Assembly (NCBI GenBank): GCA_033442325.1
Contig: JAWQFM010000019.1
Location: forward strand, 144,952-194,376
Origin: Salpingoeca rosetta
Taxonomy: Eukaryota; Protista; Choanoflagellata
Reading direction: 5' to 3'
DNA: 49,425 nucleotides
Part shown: in pieces, positions 23,841 to 47,526 of the stretch
How positions within the stretch are numbered: the stretch's first letter is position 1
Layout of the letters: every line of letters starts with the position of its first letter
The notes under the pieces: generated by a model
The model's input: only the letters and a program-made list of their open reading frames with translations
Told to the model about the DNA's origin: nothing
The model's database searches: none
Translations under genes and position numbers: made by a program

Positions 23841-23957
23841 CTTGGGTGTTGATTTTCGGTGGAAGATATTGGTGAATAGTCACTAAGGGGTGGGAACCAA
23901 AACACACAAACCACCAATACAGACCAGCACACAGCCAGCCAACAACGAACGAGCAAG

Positions 23958-27051
<3,094 letters not shown>

Positions 27052-28008
27052 TTACCGACATTGTGGGCCAACCCACCCCATCCCATCCCATCCCATCCCA
27101 TGTCACGTCACGCACTCTCGTGTGTGTGTGTGTGTGTGTGACCGTGCTCTGTCTGTTCACTCTACCTGTAAGCAGCTTACCTTCTCTCTCTCTCTCTGTC
27201 CCAGTTGCTCTTTGTGCTTGCTGTTGTTGTTGCCACAGATTTGTGCTGTTGTGGATGTGTTGGTGTAGTGTTGTCGTGACACCCATTTGTTTTTCCTCGT
27301 TGTGTGCGCGCACGTTTGCTGTTGCTGTTGCTCTGTTGGTGTGTTGTGATTGGTGCCTGATTAGTGCCTTCCGCCTCTTCCTTTCTCGCTCTCTGCTATG
27401 GTTACTTGTTCATCCCATCCACATGTGAATGTGCGCACGTATGCGTGTGTGTGTGTGTGTGTCTGTGTCTGTGTGTTCAGAACGATTCACATTGAAGCAA
27501 AAGCCTTCGCTCATTGCTGCCATGAGTAGAGATACTCAAAGTTTACTCGCAGTTGACAGGAAGAGAAGGCAATCCAGGGGAGACAGAAGACAAAGAAGAC
27601 AATAGCGAACTGCAAACACGCACGCGAGCAGCAGACAGGCAGACAAGGAGCCAGGATAGCAGCAAGCATAGCCAGATTCTGACAATACACACGCACATAC
27701 ACACACACAGCGCATGCGTGGCAATTCACACGCTCAAATACAATATGAATGAAGACAGGTGGGGTCACGCAGTCGATAATGCACGCGCAAATCACGCGCA
27801 ACACCCGCGCCAACCAAGAAACAGGAAGAATGGGAGCTGGTGCGATCACTCCACGACTGTCGGCAGATGTGACGTCATCGTCGACTCTGCAAACGACAGC
27901 CTGATGAACACACGCACGCACAGATGCGTTCGTGTGAGCTGTCGCTGTGCCGCTGCTTGATGCATGAATGATGAAACACAAACTCAAACACAATGATAAC
28001 AGCAACAA

Positions 28009-28014
28009 CAACTT

Positions 28015-28070
<56 letters not shown>

Positions 28071-28073
28071 CTT

Positions 28074-28126
<53 letters not shown>

Positions 28127-28129
28127 CTT

Positions 28130-28176
<47 letters not shown>

Positions 28177-28276
28177 CTTAAACAACAACATCAACTTAAA
28201 CAACAACATCAACTTAAACAACAACTTAAACAACAACAACAACAACAACAACTTAAACAACAACTTAAACAACAAC

Positions 28277-28287
<11 letters not shown>
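28009..28287. repeat. (AAC)n microsatellite interrupted by CTTA/CTTAA units, overlapping the PP2C stop codon
   Basis: Read directly from the sequence. Confidence 0.9.
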
Positions 28288-31758
<3,471 letters not shown>

Positions 31759-32106
31759 GCTGTTGGTTGGAGAGATGCGTGCGTACAGATGTGTGCACAG
31801 ACGTGCAGTTGTATCCGTATGAGTATATGTGTGTGCGTACGTGCGTGCGTTTAGTGCGCGATGTGATCTCACACCCAGTCTGGTTTTCCGCTGCCAACTC
31901 GTTCGTGACGATGCGTCCGTGTCCTGATGTGAGCGAGATCAACACACACACAGACAAGAGGGTGCTTGCTTCTCTTGCGTTGAGTGAGGCGTGGTTGTTT
32001 GTTGTTTGGCAGAACTAACGATAGCTATGTGTGTTATTCATGATTTTCGTGACATTGAAGTCAGTGGGAAGAAGAAGAAGAAACAACAACGAGAACAAGA
32101 CTGACG

Positions 32107-32833
32107 ATGAGTGGTGCTCGTGGTGGTGGTGTGGAGAAGAGGAGAAGCTTTGTAACGGAGCGGGGCGTGCGGTTGGATGAGCGGCGCTGGGTGCCTGAGG
32201 ACCGCACCAGCATCCGCGGTTTCATCTTCCTTGCCCACGGCTACGCTCATCACATCGAGTGAGTGTGTTGTTTTGATTGGTGCTTCTTGTGTGCGTTGTG
32301 TTGTTGTGTCTGTAATCATGTTTGCATTTCCAGCTGTAGATGCGATCGCACACATCTGTGTGTGATGTGTTCTGTCAACTCTGGGCCCAACCCAACTACT
32401 GTCCTCCTCTCTTGTTGTCTTGTGTGCAGCGCGTATGCGGAGCGTGTTGGCAGTGAAGAGCTCATGCAGCAAGGCTTTGCCGTCTTTGGCGTCTCACACC
32501 ATGCACACGGACACTCTGAAGGTGTGAACGATGGGCGATTGTGCAAGTGATGTGTTTTGCAAACGATGTGCGTTTGTGCAGAGGATGTCTTCCCTTGCAG
32601 TCACCACCCACAGATGTAGCCACACCCCTCACCCACACATTGCTGATAACCGCCCCACTATCCCACTGCTGCAGGACTGCGCTGCCTTGTCAACGACTAT
32701 CAGCATCTTGTCGATGACTTTGCCGACTACATGACCGCGGTCTTCAAGGAGTTTACCGACCAGGGCATCACTCGTCCATGCTTCATCATCGGTGCGTACT
32801 GCGTGCGTGTGTGCGTGTATGTGTGCGTGTATA

Positions 32834-32871
<38 letters not shown>

Positions 32872-33570
32872 GAAATCAATACGTAGGAGCCGTGATTTTG
32901 AAGTGGCAGCTGCTGCACTCATGTGTTCTTGCATCCATGCCCTCATGTGACCGTTCCCTGTGCAAACTGCCGCACGCCACCTCATGCACGTTGTTTACAC
33001 GTCCACATTCTGCTCTGTCTGCATGCATTTGCATGTGTGCAGGGCAGTCCATGGGCGGTGCATTGACGCTGCTGCTGGCGGCCCCCAACAGCCGCGTGCG
33101 CCAGATTGTGTCGGGCGTGGTGCTCCTGGCGCCAATGTGCAAGATTGCAGACGAGATGATGCTGCCACAATGGCTGGTGCGCAATGGTGTGCTTGCGTGT
33201 GTCTCTATGTCTGTGTGTGTCTGTGTGTGTGCGTGTGTGTATGCCTGTATCTGTTCGAACGATCCCTTTCTAACGTTGAATCTCATTTAAATTCGCACTC
33301 ACACACACACACACACACACATACACACACACCATCACACTCCAACCCACTCCAACACTCCAACCCACTCCAACAGATCAACATGATGTACTGGACAGCA
33401 TATGTGCTGCCGTGGGCGCCACTCACGCCCGTCACCCCAACAGAGCACCTCTGCTTCAAGGACCCAAAGGTTCGCATCGTCGTCGTTGTCGTCGCAGCAG
33501 TCGTATTGATGGCGGCTATGTGGAGAGGCGGGGGCGGTTGTGATTGAACAACGGCATGTGCTTACCTCTC

Positions 33571-33659
<89 letters not shown>

Positions 33660-33754
33660 ATCAGGCCCTGGAGCGCAGTCTCGCTGATCCGCTTGGGTTC
33701 CACTCGCGCCCGCGGCTCATGACCGCGTACCAAATGCTGCAGATGATCCAGGCG
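32107..33754 (+). CDS. Monoacylglycerol lipase/lysophospholipase-like alpha/beta hydrolase (Hydrolase_4); the 3' part is missing from the assembly
   Basis: FIFLAHGY, GFAVFGVSHHAHGHSEG|LRCLV, nucleophile elbow GQSMGG, GVVLLAPMCKI, RPRLMTAYQML. No exon with the catalytic Asp (HGxxD) or His could be found downstream. Confidence 0.8.
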
Positions 33755-33878
33755 GTACGCTGATGATGGTCATGATGATGATGATGATGATGATGACGGT
33801 GATCATGATGATGATGCATTGTGTGTCTCTTTGACTGCCTCCCCAACCATACACAAGAAAGCACACATGCCGAGATAC

Positions 33879-37871
<3,993 letters not shown>

Positions 37872-38320
37872 TGTCGGTGGGTGTACCGGCGCTGTTGCTG
37901 TTGCTGCTGCTGGAGTTGTGTGAATGTACCGCTGGTGCTAGTGGTGCTGGTGCTGCTGGTGCTGCTGTGTCGGCGTTGCTTCGTCGCTCGCTGGCCCCGT
38001 CGCTCGTCTCGTTGTCGTCGTTTGCTGCTGTTCGTGGTTTGCGACGTGCGCGAAATGTGAGAGGATCATGGAAGGAATCGCAGGCACGTCAACAGCAGGT
38101 GGTGGTGGGGTGGCGGAGCAGGCTGGTTGGTTGGTTGGTTGGCGGTGCTGCCGTTTTGCTTCGTTGTTGGCGTCCAAAAAATTCGAAACGCAGCCGCGGA
38201 ACCGTCAGTCTTCGCCACTACTAAACGCATTTAGAAGACTTCGAATGTCTGGAGCAGTTAATGTTGCATCGAATTTTATGTAGTTTTGTCGTTGTATTGC
38301 TGGCTTGCAGGCAATCCAAT

Positions 38321-38353
<33 letters not shown>

Positions 38354-38585
38354 AACACTCACTCACACACACCAACACTCACTCACACACGCCAACACTC
38401 ACTCACACACACCAACACTCACTCACACACACACACACCAACACTCACTCACACACATGACAGTTAGTTCATCTACGGTGTTCAAACAGGACTGCTAACC
38501 GGAAGGAAACAACCCCCACCCCCGAGCACATCCCTCTCATCTCCTCATATCCACCTCCTCTCGTCGTCTTGCTGCCCCTTGTTGC

Positions 38586-40767
38586 TCACGGCGTCGCCGG
38601 CTTTGCCTCGTGGTGGAAGATGAGGATGGCGCGAACGAGCACGGCGTCCGGGGTGTTGACCACAATCTCCGACACGGGCCGCGCAGACACCTTCTTGCCG
38701 CCAACTTTTTGCTTCTTCGTCCAATCACTGTGGGACCTGAACGGTTTCGCCTGCTGGACATCCTGCTTGGTAAAGTCCGTGACAACAACGTGCGCATCGT
38801 GCCCGGCAACGAGCGTCTTCCCCACGTGCTGCAGGTCAATCACGGGGTATGGGTTGCCGTACACAACATCGCACACGAGAACGACGTTGAAGGTGCCCTT
38901 GCCATCCAGCTTCAAGCCGTGCAGCTCCTTGGGAACTTTGCTGCCGGGGCAGGGGCGCGCGTACGCCAGCGCATACTCGAGGTCTGGCGTGAAGTAGAAG
39001 CCGGAGCCGTACCAGCCCTGGTCCGTGGTCTGCAGCTGGGCAAATTCGCCACCCAGGATGCCCACCGCGGCTTCAAGCGAGGGCACGCCGTGGAACACGC
39101 GCTGGATGCGCACGTTGGACTGGTCCTGGTTCAGCAGGTGGTACTTGAAGTTGCTCATGCCGCCCAACTTGCACACGTACCCGAGCACATGCTTCATCTC
39201 CTTGTTCTTTGGGTGCCCGTTCTGGTCCAGCTGGTATTTGGGGCGAAACACGTGGTGCGCCGTGGTGGTGTTGCCCTTGAATCTGGCCTGGTCGCGCTGG
39301 ATGACGCCATTGAAGGCCGTGTTCTTCACGTCGGAGTGCACAATCGCCGCGCCGGCAACATGGCGCCCAAACGGGTGCTCCGCCTTCTCCCGTGACGTGC
39401 GCCCGCCTGCCTCGTCCAACAGCTGCATGACGTGTTTGGGGGGGGGATGGGGGTCGACAAGTGAGACGTGGGGCAGTGGGCGCCGAGTGGGAGCATCCAA
39501 AAGCACTCACGCAAATCATCACAGCGAGGAACAAAACGTGTGGCTCGTATGGTTCATATGGTTGCATCCCACACTAACACACGCACACACACGCACGCAC
39601 GCACGCACATGCGCACACACATGCATACACACACACGCGCACGCACGCACACACACATGCACAAACGAACGCGCACCTGCTGGATGAGTTGAAAGTTGGT
39701 GTCGTCGTAGAGGTCGAGAACAGCACAGCTGACAGATTTGCGGGCCTGCACCTGGACGGCCTTGTCTGAGAGTTTCGCCCACACATCCTCGGGAAACTTC
39801 CAGGGAGCATCTGGTGGCCCATGCAAAAGCAGATGCTGTTGCTCCTCGTCCACTTGTTTCTGGTGTTTCTCGGCAATGTATTGCGGCTGCAGTGTCTTGC
39901 GGAGCACACGGAAGGAGGTGCGCAGATCCGCTGGCTGAAAGCACTTGCTCAGCACTTCAATCATCAACTTGTCAAGCGTCTGCCCGTTGATGGACTTGTC
40001 GAGTGGAAGGTACTTGTTCTTGTCGTAGAATGCCTCGATCGTCTCCTGCTCGTGGTTTTCAAGGTGGTGCCATGGCTTGATGCCAAACATCAGCTCCCAC
40101 ACCACACATCCGTACGAAAACACGTCCGTGGATGACTTGAGCGCCTTGCCCGCCAGCTGCTCCGGGCTTGCCCACAGCGTGGTGCCCGGCATCTTGGACA
40201 CTTCTGAAGAGTCTGCTGCCTTGAATGCGCTGAGGCCAAAGTCGCACACCTGCGCCGTCATGTGCTCCGTCAGCAGCACGTTGCCGCTCTTCAGGTCGCG
40301 GTGCACAACATTGCGCATGTGCAGGAACTCCATTCCGCTGGCAATCTCGCACGCAATACGCAGCTTGTCCACCTTCGTCAGCGGCGCCTGGCCAGGGTCC
40401 CGTTCGTGCAGGTAGGAGGAGAGGGAGCCGTGCTCCGCCCAGGGCATCATGATGAAGAAGCGGTCGTCGCCGTCCTTGCACGTGCCCAGCAGCGGCACAA
40501 TGTGCGGGTGGCGCAGGCTGGCCATTGCCTTGAGCTCACGCAGCACACGCCGGTCGTGCAGGCGGAGTTTGCTCGTGTCCCCGCACAGCCAATACTTGAT
40601 GTCGGGGACATGGGACACTTCAACCTCCTTCAGCGCCACCTGCAGCCCACCAAAGAGGCCAGTCCAGATTTTACCCTGTCCGCCTTTGAGTGGGCCTTCC
40701 TTTCCAAGCGCACGCTTCCGATCTTCAACGCAATCAATGCCCAGGTGGAAGTTCAGCACGCGCTCTG

Positions 40768-40838
<71 letters not shown>

Positions 40839-41563
40839 ACGTTAGAGAAGGCGTGTTTGATAACATATGACAGCGAACAACAGCGGGTGTGCGCTTCAAC
40901 CAATCAAGAGAAGAACGCAGAAGATCCCATGTCAAGTGACACATCATCACACAGCAACAGAGGCAAGCTGTCTGTAACAACCGGTCGCAAAGGACAGGGC
41001 GACACCAAGAAATGAATGCCTGCACGCACCAATGGCGGAGGCGGCGGCCCTGTACGCGTCATCCTCGGTGTGCGACTGCTTCAATTTCTGCAGCTCGTGC
41101 TCTGCACGACAGGGAAAAAGGGACACACATGCAAAGACAGGGGTGGTGGGTGAGGGAGAGCACAGCATGCACATTTGAGAGGGTGACAACCAACGAGAGT
41201 AAGGAAACAGCCCATGAAGACGGACAAGAGAAGCTGCGTTGTCACACATCACGACACTTACCAAGTGCCTTCATCTGATCCTGTGCAGATTGCAGACTAA
41301 CCACCGTCTTGACAAGCTTGTCGTCTGTGTATGTGTGTGTGTGTTTGTGTGGGGGGGGGGATGCAGATGTGCATTGCAATGTGTGAGTTTAGAGTACTGG
41401 GACAAAATGGGAGGAATGGCAAAAAAAAAAAAACTTCGGCAGAGGGATAACTGTAGTCACTGCATCGGCATGCACAGAGCAACGTACCCAACTTCTGCTT
41501 GCCAATCTCCAATTCCTTCACTTTCGCCGTCGCCTCTCGCAGGCGCTGATCTGTTTTGTTTGA

Positions 41564-41623
<60 letters not shown>

Positions 41624-42119
41624 AATTGTGAACAACGTGCCTCTTGCCCTTGTGTGCGTTTGTATGTGTGTGAACAACGTGCCTCTTGCCCTTGTGTGTG
41701 TGTGTGTGTGTGTGCCAACTCACCAATCTGTTTCCTCTCCCGCTCCTCCAGGGACGCGGTCTCTTGTGCCGCGTGCAATTTCTTCTGCAGCGTCTTGTTC
41801 TCCTCACCTGCCCGCAAGTTTCACGTGCAAGTTGTACAAAGCCACCAAGCAACACTCACACGCGTGTGAGAACAACAACGGAAACAAAGGGCAGCATGTG
41901 TGCATCACACACGCGTACGGGTGTCCCCGTATCACTGATGACCATTCAAGATGCATGTGTGAGCATACATACTGTTGAAGCACCATCGACATACCCAGGC
42001 GAGCGGCCTTTCTTGTAGCATCCTCAAGCTTCTGGCTGTATTCTTTCCGAAGCGATGCAATCTCTGCTCCGGCCGCCGCAATCTTCTCCCCTGTGAACAC
42101 ACACACACACACACACACA

Positions 42120-42159
<40 letters not shown>

Positions 42160-44423
42160 TACACACGCATTGGAATGAGGCAGAAGCGTCACCCGATGAT
42201 GATGGCGATAATCATGGTGAGAAAGGGACGTGCAAGCTAACATTCCTGTACACTACAAGCATTCACACGCACATAGCATAGCTACACACATGTACATCCA
42301 CGCACATCCACGCACACACGCATGCACATCCACATCCACACACACCAACAACAACCACGTGTGCAACGTACGAAGGTCTTTGGCCTGCTGGTCGCGTGCC
42401 TCTGCATCCTTCGCCGTCTTCTCCTTGTGGTCTTTCAGTTCCGTGCGGACCCGCCGCAGATCCTCCTCTGTACACGTGCACGCGTGGGGACCAGGAGGGG
42501 TGGAAGGGGATTGGGTGTGAGGAACACGTGGGATGACATGTTGGTTTTGGGAGGAGGGGTGGTGTTTGGGCCACCACGGGCGAGTGAATGCAAGAACACA
42601 TCGGGCACAGAACGCACGCACACACCCCCAACATACACGTGACATCCACACAGACGCACCTGCTGTGTGCAGCGCCTCCTTCTTCTTTTTGTTCACAGTC
42701 GCGAATGTTTTTTGTGCCGCCATCAAGTTCGACCCTGCAGTGTAGAAGCGAAGGGAATGCAGATGATATGCGTGAGTATGTGTGTATGTATATATGTGTG
42801 CGTATGTAGGGTGTGTGTGCGTGTGTGTGTGTTGATTCGGAGGGAGAGAGCAGAATGGCGGTGACAGCGATGGAAAAGTGTGTGCATTCCACATGTTGGT
42901 GCAAGGGTTCAGCGTACGCATGTTTTCTTCCTTCTTCTTCCACAACGCTAGGGTATCCTGCAGCTGCTTGACCGTCTCTTTGTGCTCCGTGGCTTCATAA
43001 TGTGTGTGTGTGTGTGTGTGTGTGTGAGCGAGTTTGTATGCATGTGAGCGAGTGTGTGAGTGCATGTGTGTGCGTGTGCGTGTGCGTGTGCGTGTGCATG
43101 TGCGTGCATGGAGCTAGCGCCAGGCGTGCTGCGGCTGCAAATATTGTGCTTTCGCTCACCAGCGGTGGCGACTTTTGTTCGCAGCTCCGAGATGACACCG
43201 TCTGTACCACAGAACAGCATTGACGTGAGCACGCAGAGACAACAATGAACACAAACAACCACGCAGGCAAGCAACCACGCATGCAACGTCACCTGCGTGT
43301 TGGGCGCGGAGAGCTTGCGTGCGGTATTTCTCTTCAAGCGCGCGCTCTGCATGTGTTTGAGATGATGCATGGCGATTTGGGTGCGGGGCCGTCAGTGCGT
43401 GGTGATGAGGCAGTGATATAAGTGGGCTGCAATCACAGAGACAGATTGACACCCACACATGTAAATATTCACACACATGTAAATATTCACACACACACAC
43501 ACATGCATTCGCACACTGACACCCACGCAATCAAACACCACACACACACACACACTCTCTCTCTCTCTCATTCAAAGAAACACCACACGCAAACAAAACA
43601 CATTCACACGCAAACAACGCACGTGACTCTGCTGCCGCCTCCTTATCGCGTTCGCGGCGCTGCTTCTGGCGCTCGAATTCGCGCTTCCAGTAGTTCACCT
43701 TCCTCTTCAGGTCCTCCTTCTCCTCAGAGGCGTCTGCAATCGGACTCGCATCGCCTGGCCTGTGCGCATGCGCGTGCGCGTGGTGCCCAGATGAGGGTGC
43801 TGTGGTGGATGAGGTTTGGTGCGGTGAGTGCTGGGTTGACTGCACTTCGGCGTCGCCTTGCGGGCGGTAGTAGGGCTGCGAGAACGACGACGCTGACGAC
43901 GAGTGTGATGGCAATGGCGATGACATGCTGGGGGGCGGTGATGTGAACATGTCAGCAGGGTATGCTGTGCGCAGCGGTGCTGGTGGGCTGAATGTGGTAG
44001 ACGCAGGGGGCTCCGAGTCTGCAGCAGGGGTGGAGGTGCCCTGGTCTGATAGTGTTGGTGTTCGCAGCTCCGACCGAAAGTGCGGCATGTCATTCTCATG
44101 CAGCCTGCACACATGGTGCATGTGTGTATGTGTATGTGTGTGTGTGTGTATGTGTGTGTATGTGTGTATGCGTGTGTATGTGTGTGTATGTGTGTGTGAG
44201 GGGGGGGGAAGCAACAGGCACGAGAACGGCAGGCAGACGGTGAAGCTTAGGCAGTGCCAGCAGCTCACGTGATCTGAACGTTGTTTCCGGTTGCCCTGAC
44301 GACAGCTGCGATCATCCGAGCTCCAAGCTCTCCAAGCTCATTCCCCAGCAAACTGCAGCAGGCACAAGAAGCGAAGACGAATGGAATCGAAGGTGTCGGT
44401 AGTGTGTGTGTGTAAGTGTGTGT

Positions 44424-44456
<33 letters not shown>

Positions 44457-45767
44457 TGTGTGTGAGTGTGACTGTTGTGAGTGTGCATACACCCACTTGA
44501 ATATAGCAGGTGCGTATGCTCATGCAACACAATAATGCGCAGAGCAACACAACAAAGAGATGCAAAACGACAGCACCACACGAAACGAGAGAACGCGCAC
44601 GATACCTGATTTGGACGAGGGTATTGTTGTTGTTGATGAGGTTTGTGATGGTTGTGGCGGCAGCTGATGTCAACTTTGTGTCCTTCAACCTGTGTCCATG
44701 GCAGAGCACATGCATTGTAAGCTGCTGCCAACTTACACTTGTAGCGAAGGCACTGACAAACCAGTCAAACAGACAGACACACAGACACACAGACACATAG
44801 GCAGACACACACATAGGCAGACAGACAGACAGACAGACAGACACACAGACACACAGACAGACACATAGGCAGACACATAGGCAGACACACAGACACACAG
44901 ACAGACACTACACGACACACACAGACAGACAGAGATGNNNNNNNNNNNNNNNNNNNNNNNNNNNNNNNNNNNNNNNNNNNNNNNNNNNNNNNNNNNNNNN
45001 NNNNNNNNNNNNNNNNNNNNNNNNNNNNNNNNNNNNNCAACCCCAAGAAAACACACATGCACAATATGTGACGTACATGAGTTTGTGCAGACTGGTGTTT
45101 CCAATGAGACGGCCCGCCAGTCGCTCCAGACCTTCGTCGCCGAGCAGGTTCTGGCCAACGCTAATGGTGTAAAGGGAGAGGGAGGTGGCGGTGATGAGTG
45201 AACAGCAAACGTGATGGGACGAGGGTTGATGAGCACCGTTGGCAGATACACACATGAAGTACGAACATGAAATCAACCCCGCGCAAGCCAAACACGCGTG
45301 CGTGAAGGCGGACTGACTTGAGTAGTTTAATGCCTGGGTTTGCTTCGATGAGCTCGCCCAGGATGGAGCCGGCCTCTGCTGTGAGGAGATTGCCAAACAG
45401 CCTGCGACACACCATGCAGCGACGCAATCAGCACTAGAGACGCAGAGAGCGTAGGGGGGAACGCGCGCCCAACATATGGAGAGAGGGGGGACGGGAGAGA
45501 TAGGGAGAGAGGGGGGAGGGAGACGCACACGCACACGCACACGCACACGCACACGCACACGCACACACATGGAGGAAACACTAAAACAGCTGCGACACAC
45601 ATGCGTACATGCGCACTCACAGAAGCTTGCTGGGCCCAGTGACGAGCTTGAGGGCATTGGCGATGGCGCGCAGCCCATCCGTGCCAATGTTGTTGTTGCC
45701 CAGACTGCATGATGATTTGGAAGGGAAGCAATGTTGAAACATCGAGCACGACCGTTGTGCGCGCGCA

Positions 45768-45860
<93 letters not shown>

Positions 45861-46726
45861 AGAGGTTTGTGCATCACGTTGAACTGGGAAATCAGGTGTA
45901 TTGTTGTGAAATGACCACGAAATGAGGCATGACTATCCGCACAATCAATCAACACGTACTTGAGCGAGTCGATGGTGTGGTCGGGCGTGAACCCTTTGGC
46001 CAAGATCCTGGCCCCTTTCCCACCGATGTCGCATTTGTTGAACCTGCCAGACCAAAGACGGCAACAGCAAAACGAGGAGCGGTGAAATGACGTGGTGGCT
46101 GCAGATTGTGCACAAGTGGACGCATACGGCAATACCCACAAGACAGAGCGGCATGCATACACAAGTGAGCGGAGGTTGGTGTTCTTCCTGATGGCCTTGG
46201 CCAGCTCCTCCAAGTGTTCGTGGTCAATCGCCTTGCACCTGCGTGTGGGACAGGGGGGGTTGTGTTTGAGACAGTGAGTGAGTGAGTGAGTGAGTGAGTG
46301 AGTGAGTGAGTGAGTGAGTGAGTGAGTGAGTGTGTGAGTGAGTGTGTGAGTGAGTGAGTGAGTGAGTGAGTGAGTGAGTGAGTGAGTGAGTGAGTGAGTG
46401 AGTGAGTGAGTGAGTGAGTGAGTGAGTGAGTGAGTGAGTGAGTGAGTGAGTGAGTGAGTGAGTGAGTGAGTGAGTGAGTGAGTGAGTGAGTGAGTGAGTG
46501 AGTGAGTGAGTGAGTAAGTAAGCAGCTTAGAGCAGTCTCTTGGCATCAAGGAAAGGCTGCCAACAACCCCAAATCACAGCACAGCACATCACAGCACGCA
46601 GCAGGACATCACAGCACGCAGCAGGACAATGCGGACACAAGGCGACAACGCAATCTGGACACACTTGAGGGTGGGCCCGCAAGTGCGCTTCTCCACGCTC
46701 TTGATCAAGTTTTCGATATCCTCCAT
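38586..46726 (-). CDS. Multidomain LRR (RI-like) - coiled coil - TKL Ser/Thr kinase - PARP-type ADP-ribosyltransferase protein, about 1250 aa, about 21 exons
   Basis: ATG at 46726. LRR exons 46161-46238, 45960-46043, 45621-45704, 45318-45401, 45077-45160, 44606-44689 and 44269-44352. Linker exon 43623-44104, then about ten phase-1 coiled-coil exons. Kinase exon 39677-40764 ([38 protein letters not shown]). ART exon 38586-39422 ([34 protein letters not shown]). All junctions are GT-AG and frame-compatible. Confidence 0.8.
46274..46515. repeat. (GAGT)n tetranucleotide microsatellite in intron 1 of the LRR-kinase-ART gene; similar (TCAC)n tracts at about 2623-2760 and 16071-16200
   Basis: Read directly from the sequence. 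Confidence 0.95.
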
Positions 46727-47010
46727 CGTGGCAGCGACCACCGCGAAGCGAAGGCAGACAAGGAAGGCAGGGAGGAAGGAAGGAAGGAAGGAAGGAAGGA
46801 AGGAAGGAAGGAAATGACACACACAGACAAGGTGGTGGATGGAGGTGGATGGAGGCACAACAGACACACACTCGTGTTGATGTGACACACAACAACCCTG
46901 TGTGGTGTCCTTCTGGGAGGTCAAAATTGATTTTTGAGAAGTGCAATTTTGCTTTCGAAAGGACGACACGTCAGCCAATACGAGGAGAAGCGGACAACAC
47001 CACAGCCAAC

Positions 47011-47490
47011 ATGAGGCTCTCTGCTGCTACTGTCGCAGCTACTGCCGCAGCAGCTGCTGCGTGCCTGGCCCTCGTGGCCATGGTCTCCCCCACTGTNNNN
47101 NNNNNNNNNNNNNNNNNNNNNNNNNNNNNNNNNNNNNNNNNNNNNNNNNNNNNNNNNNNNNNNNNNNNNNNNNNNNNNNNNNNNNNNNNNNNNNNNCACC
47201 AACCAACCTAAGGGGTGTCCCTTTTGGGGAGTCCAAAACATTTTCGAGGGAAGCAGATTTTGCCTCTGAAAGGGCGCCCCCCCACCCCATCGGAGGGGAG
47301 GGGAAAACCCCCACCACGACCCTGGGGGCTTTTGCTCCAACGTTACAAGTTTCACAAGCGCATCTGGTAGGGCCCTGGCCCTAGGGCAACCGGTTTCCCC
47401 CCCTTCTGGCCCATTCGAGGAGCAAAATGGGTGCGTCTTTGATACCCCCCCCCACCACAGGATTTGGGGGGGGGGGGGGTTCAGTCTCTC

Positions 47491-47526
<36 letters not shown>

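Noticed and set aside
37938-38177. 79-aa ORF upstream of the PET-LIM gene
   Set aside because: Non-ATG start, low complexity, and it stops before ATG 37871. Treated as 5' UTR.
38610-39395. Long + strand ORFs antisense to the ART and kinase exons, and 6340-7275 antisense to the epimerase
   Set aside because: Shadow ORFs produced by GC3-rich codon usage on the real strand, with no recognisable motifs.
41627-41700. Short direct repeat TGTGAACAACGTGCCTCTTGCCCTTGTGTG x2
   Set aside because: A local intronic slippage duplication with no terminal inverted repeats or coding effect.
47197-47480. Compositionally odd, homopolymer-rich segment next to an N-gap (possible foreign DNA)
   Set aside because: Looks like low-quality read-end sequence at a contig edge; no element hallmarks.
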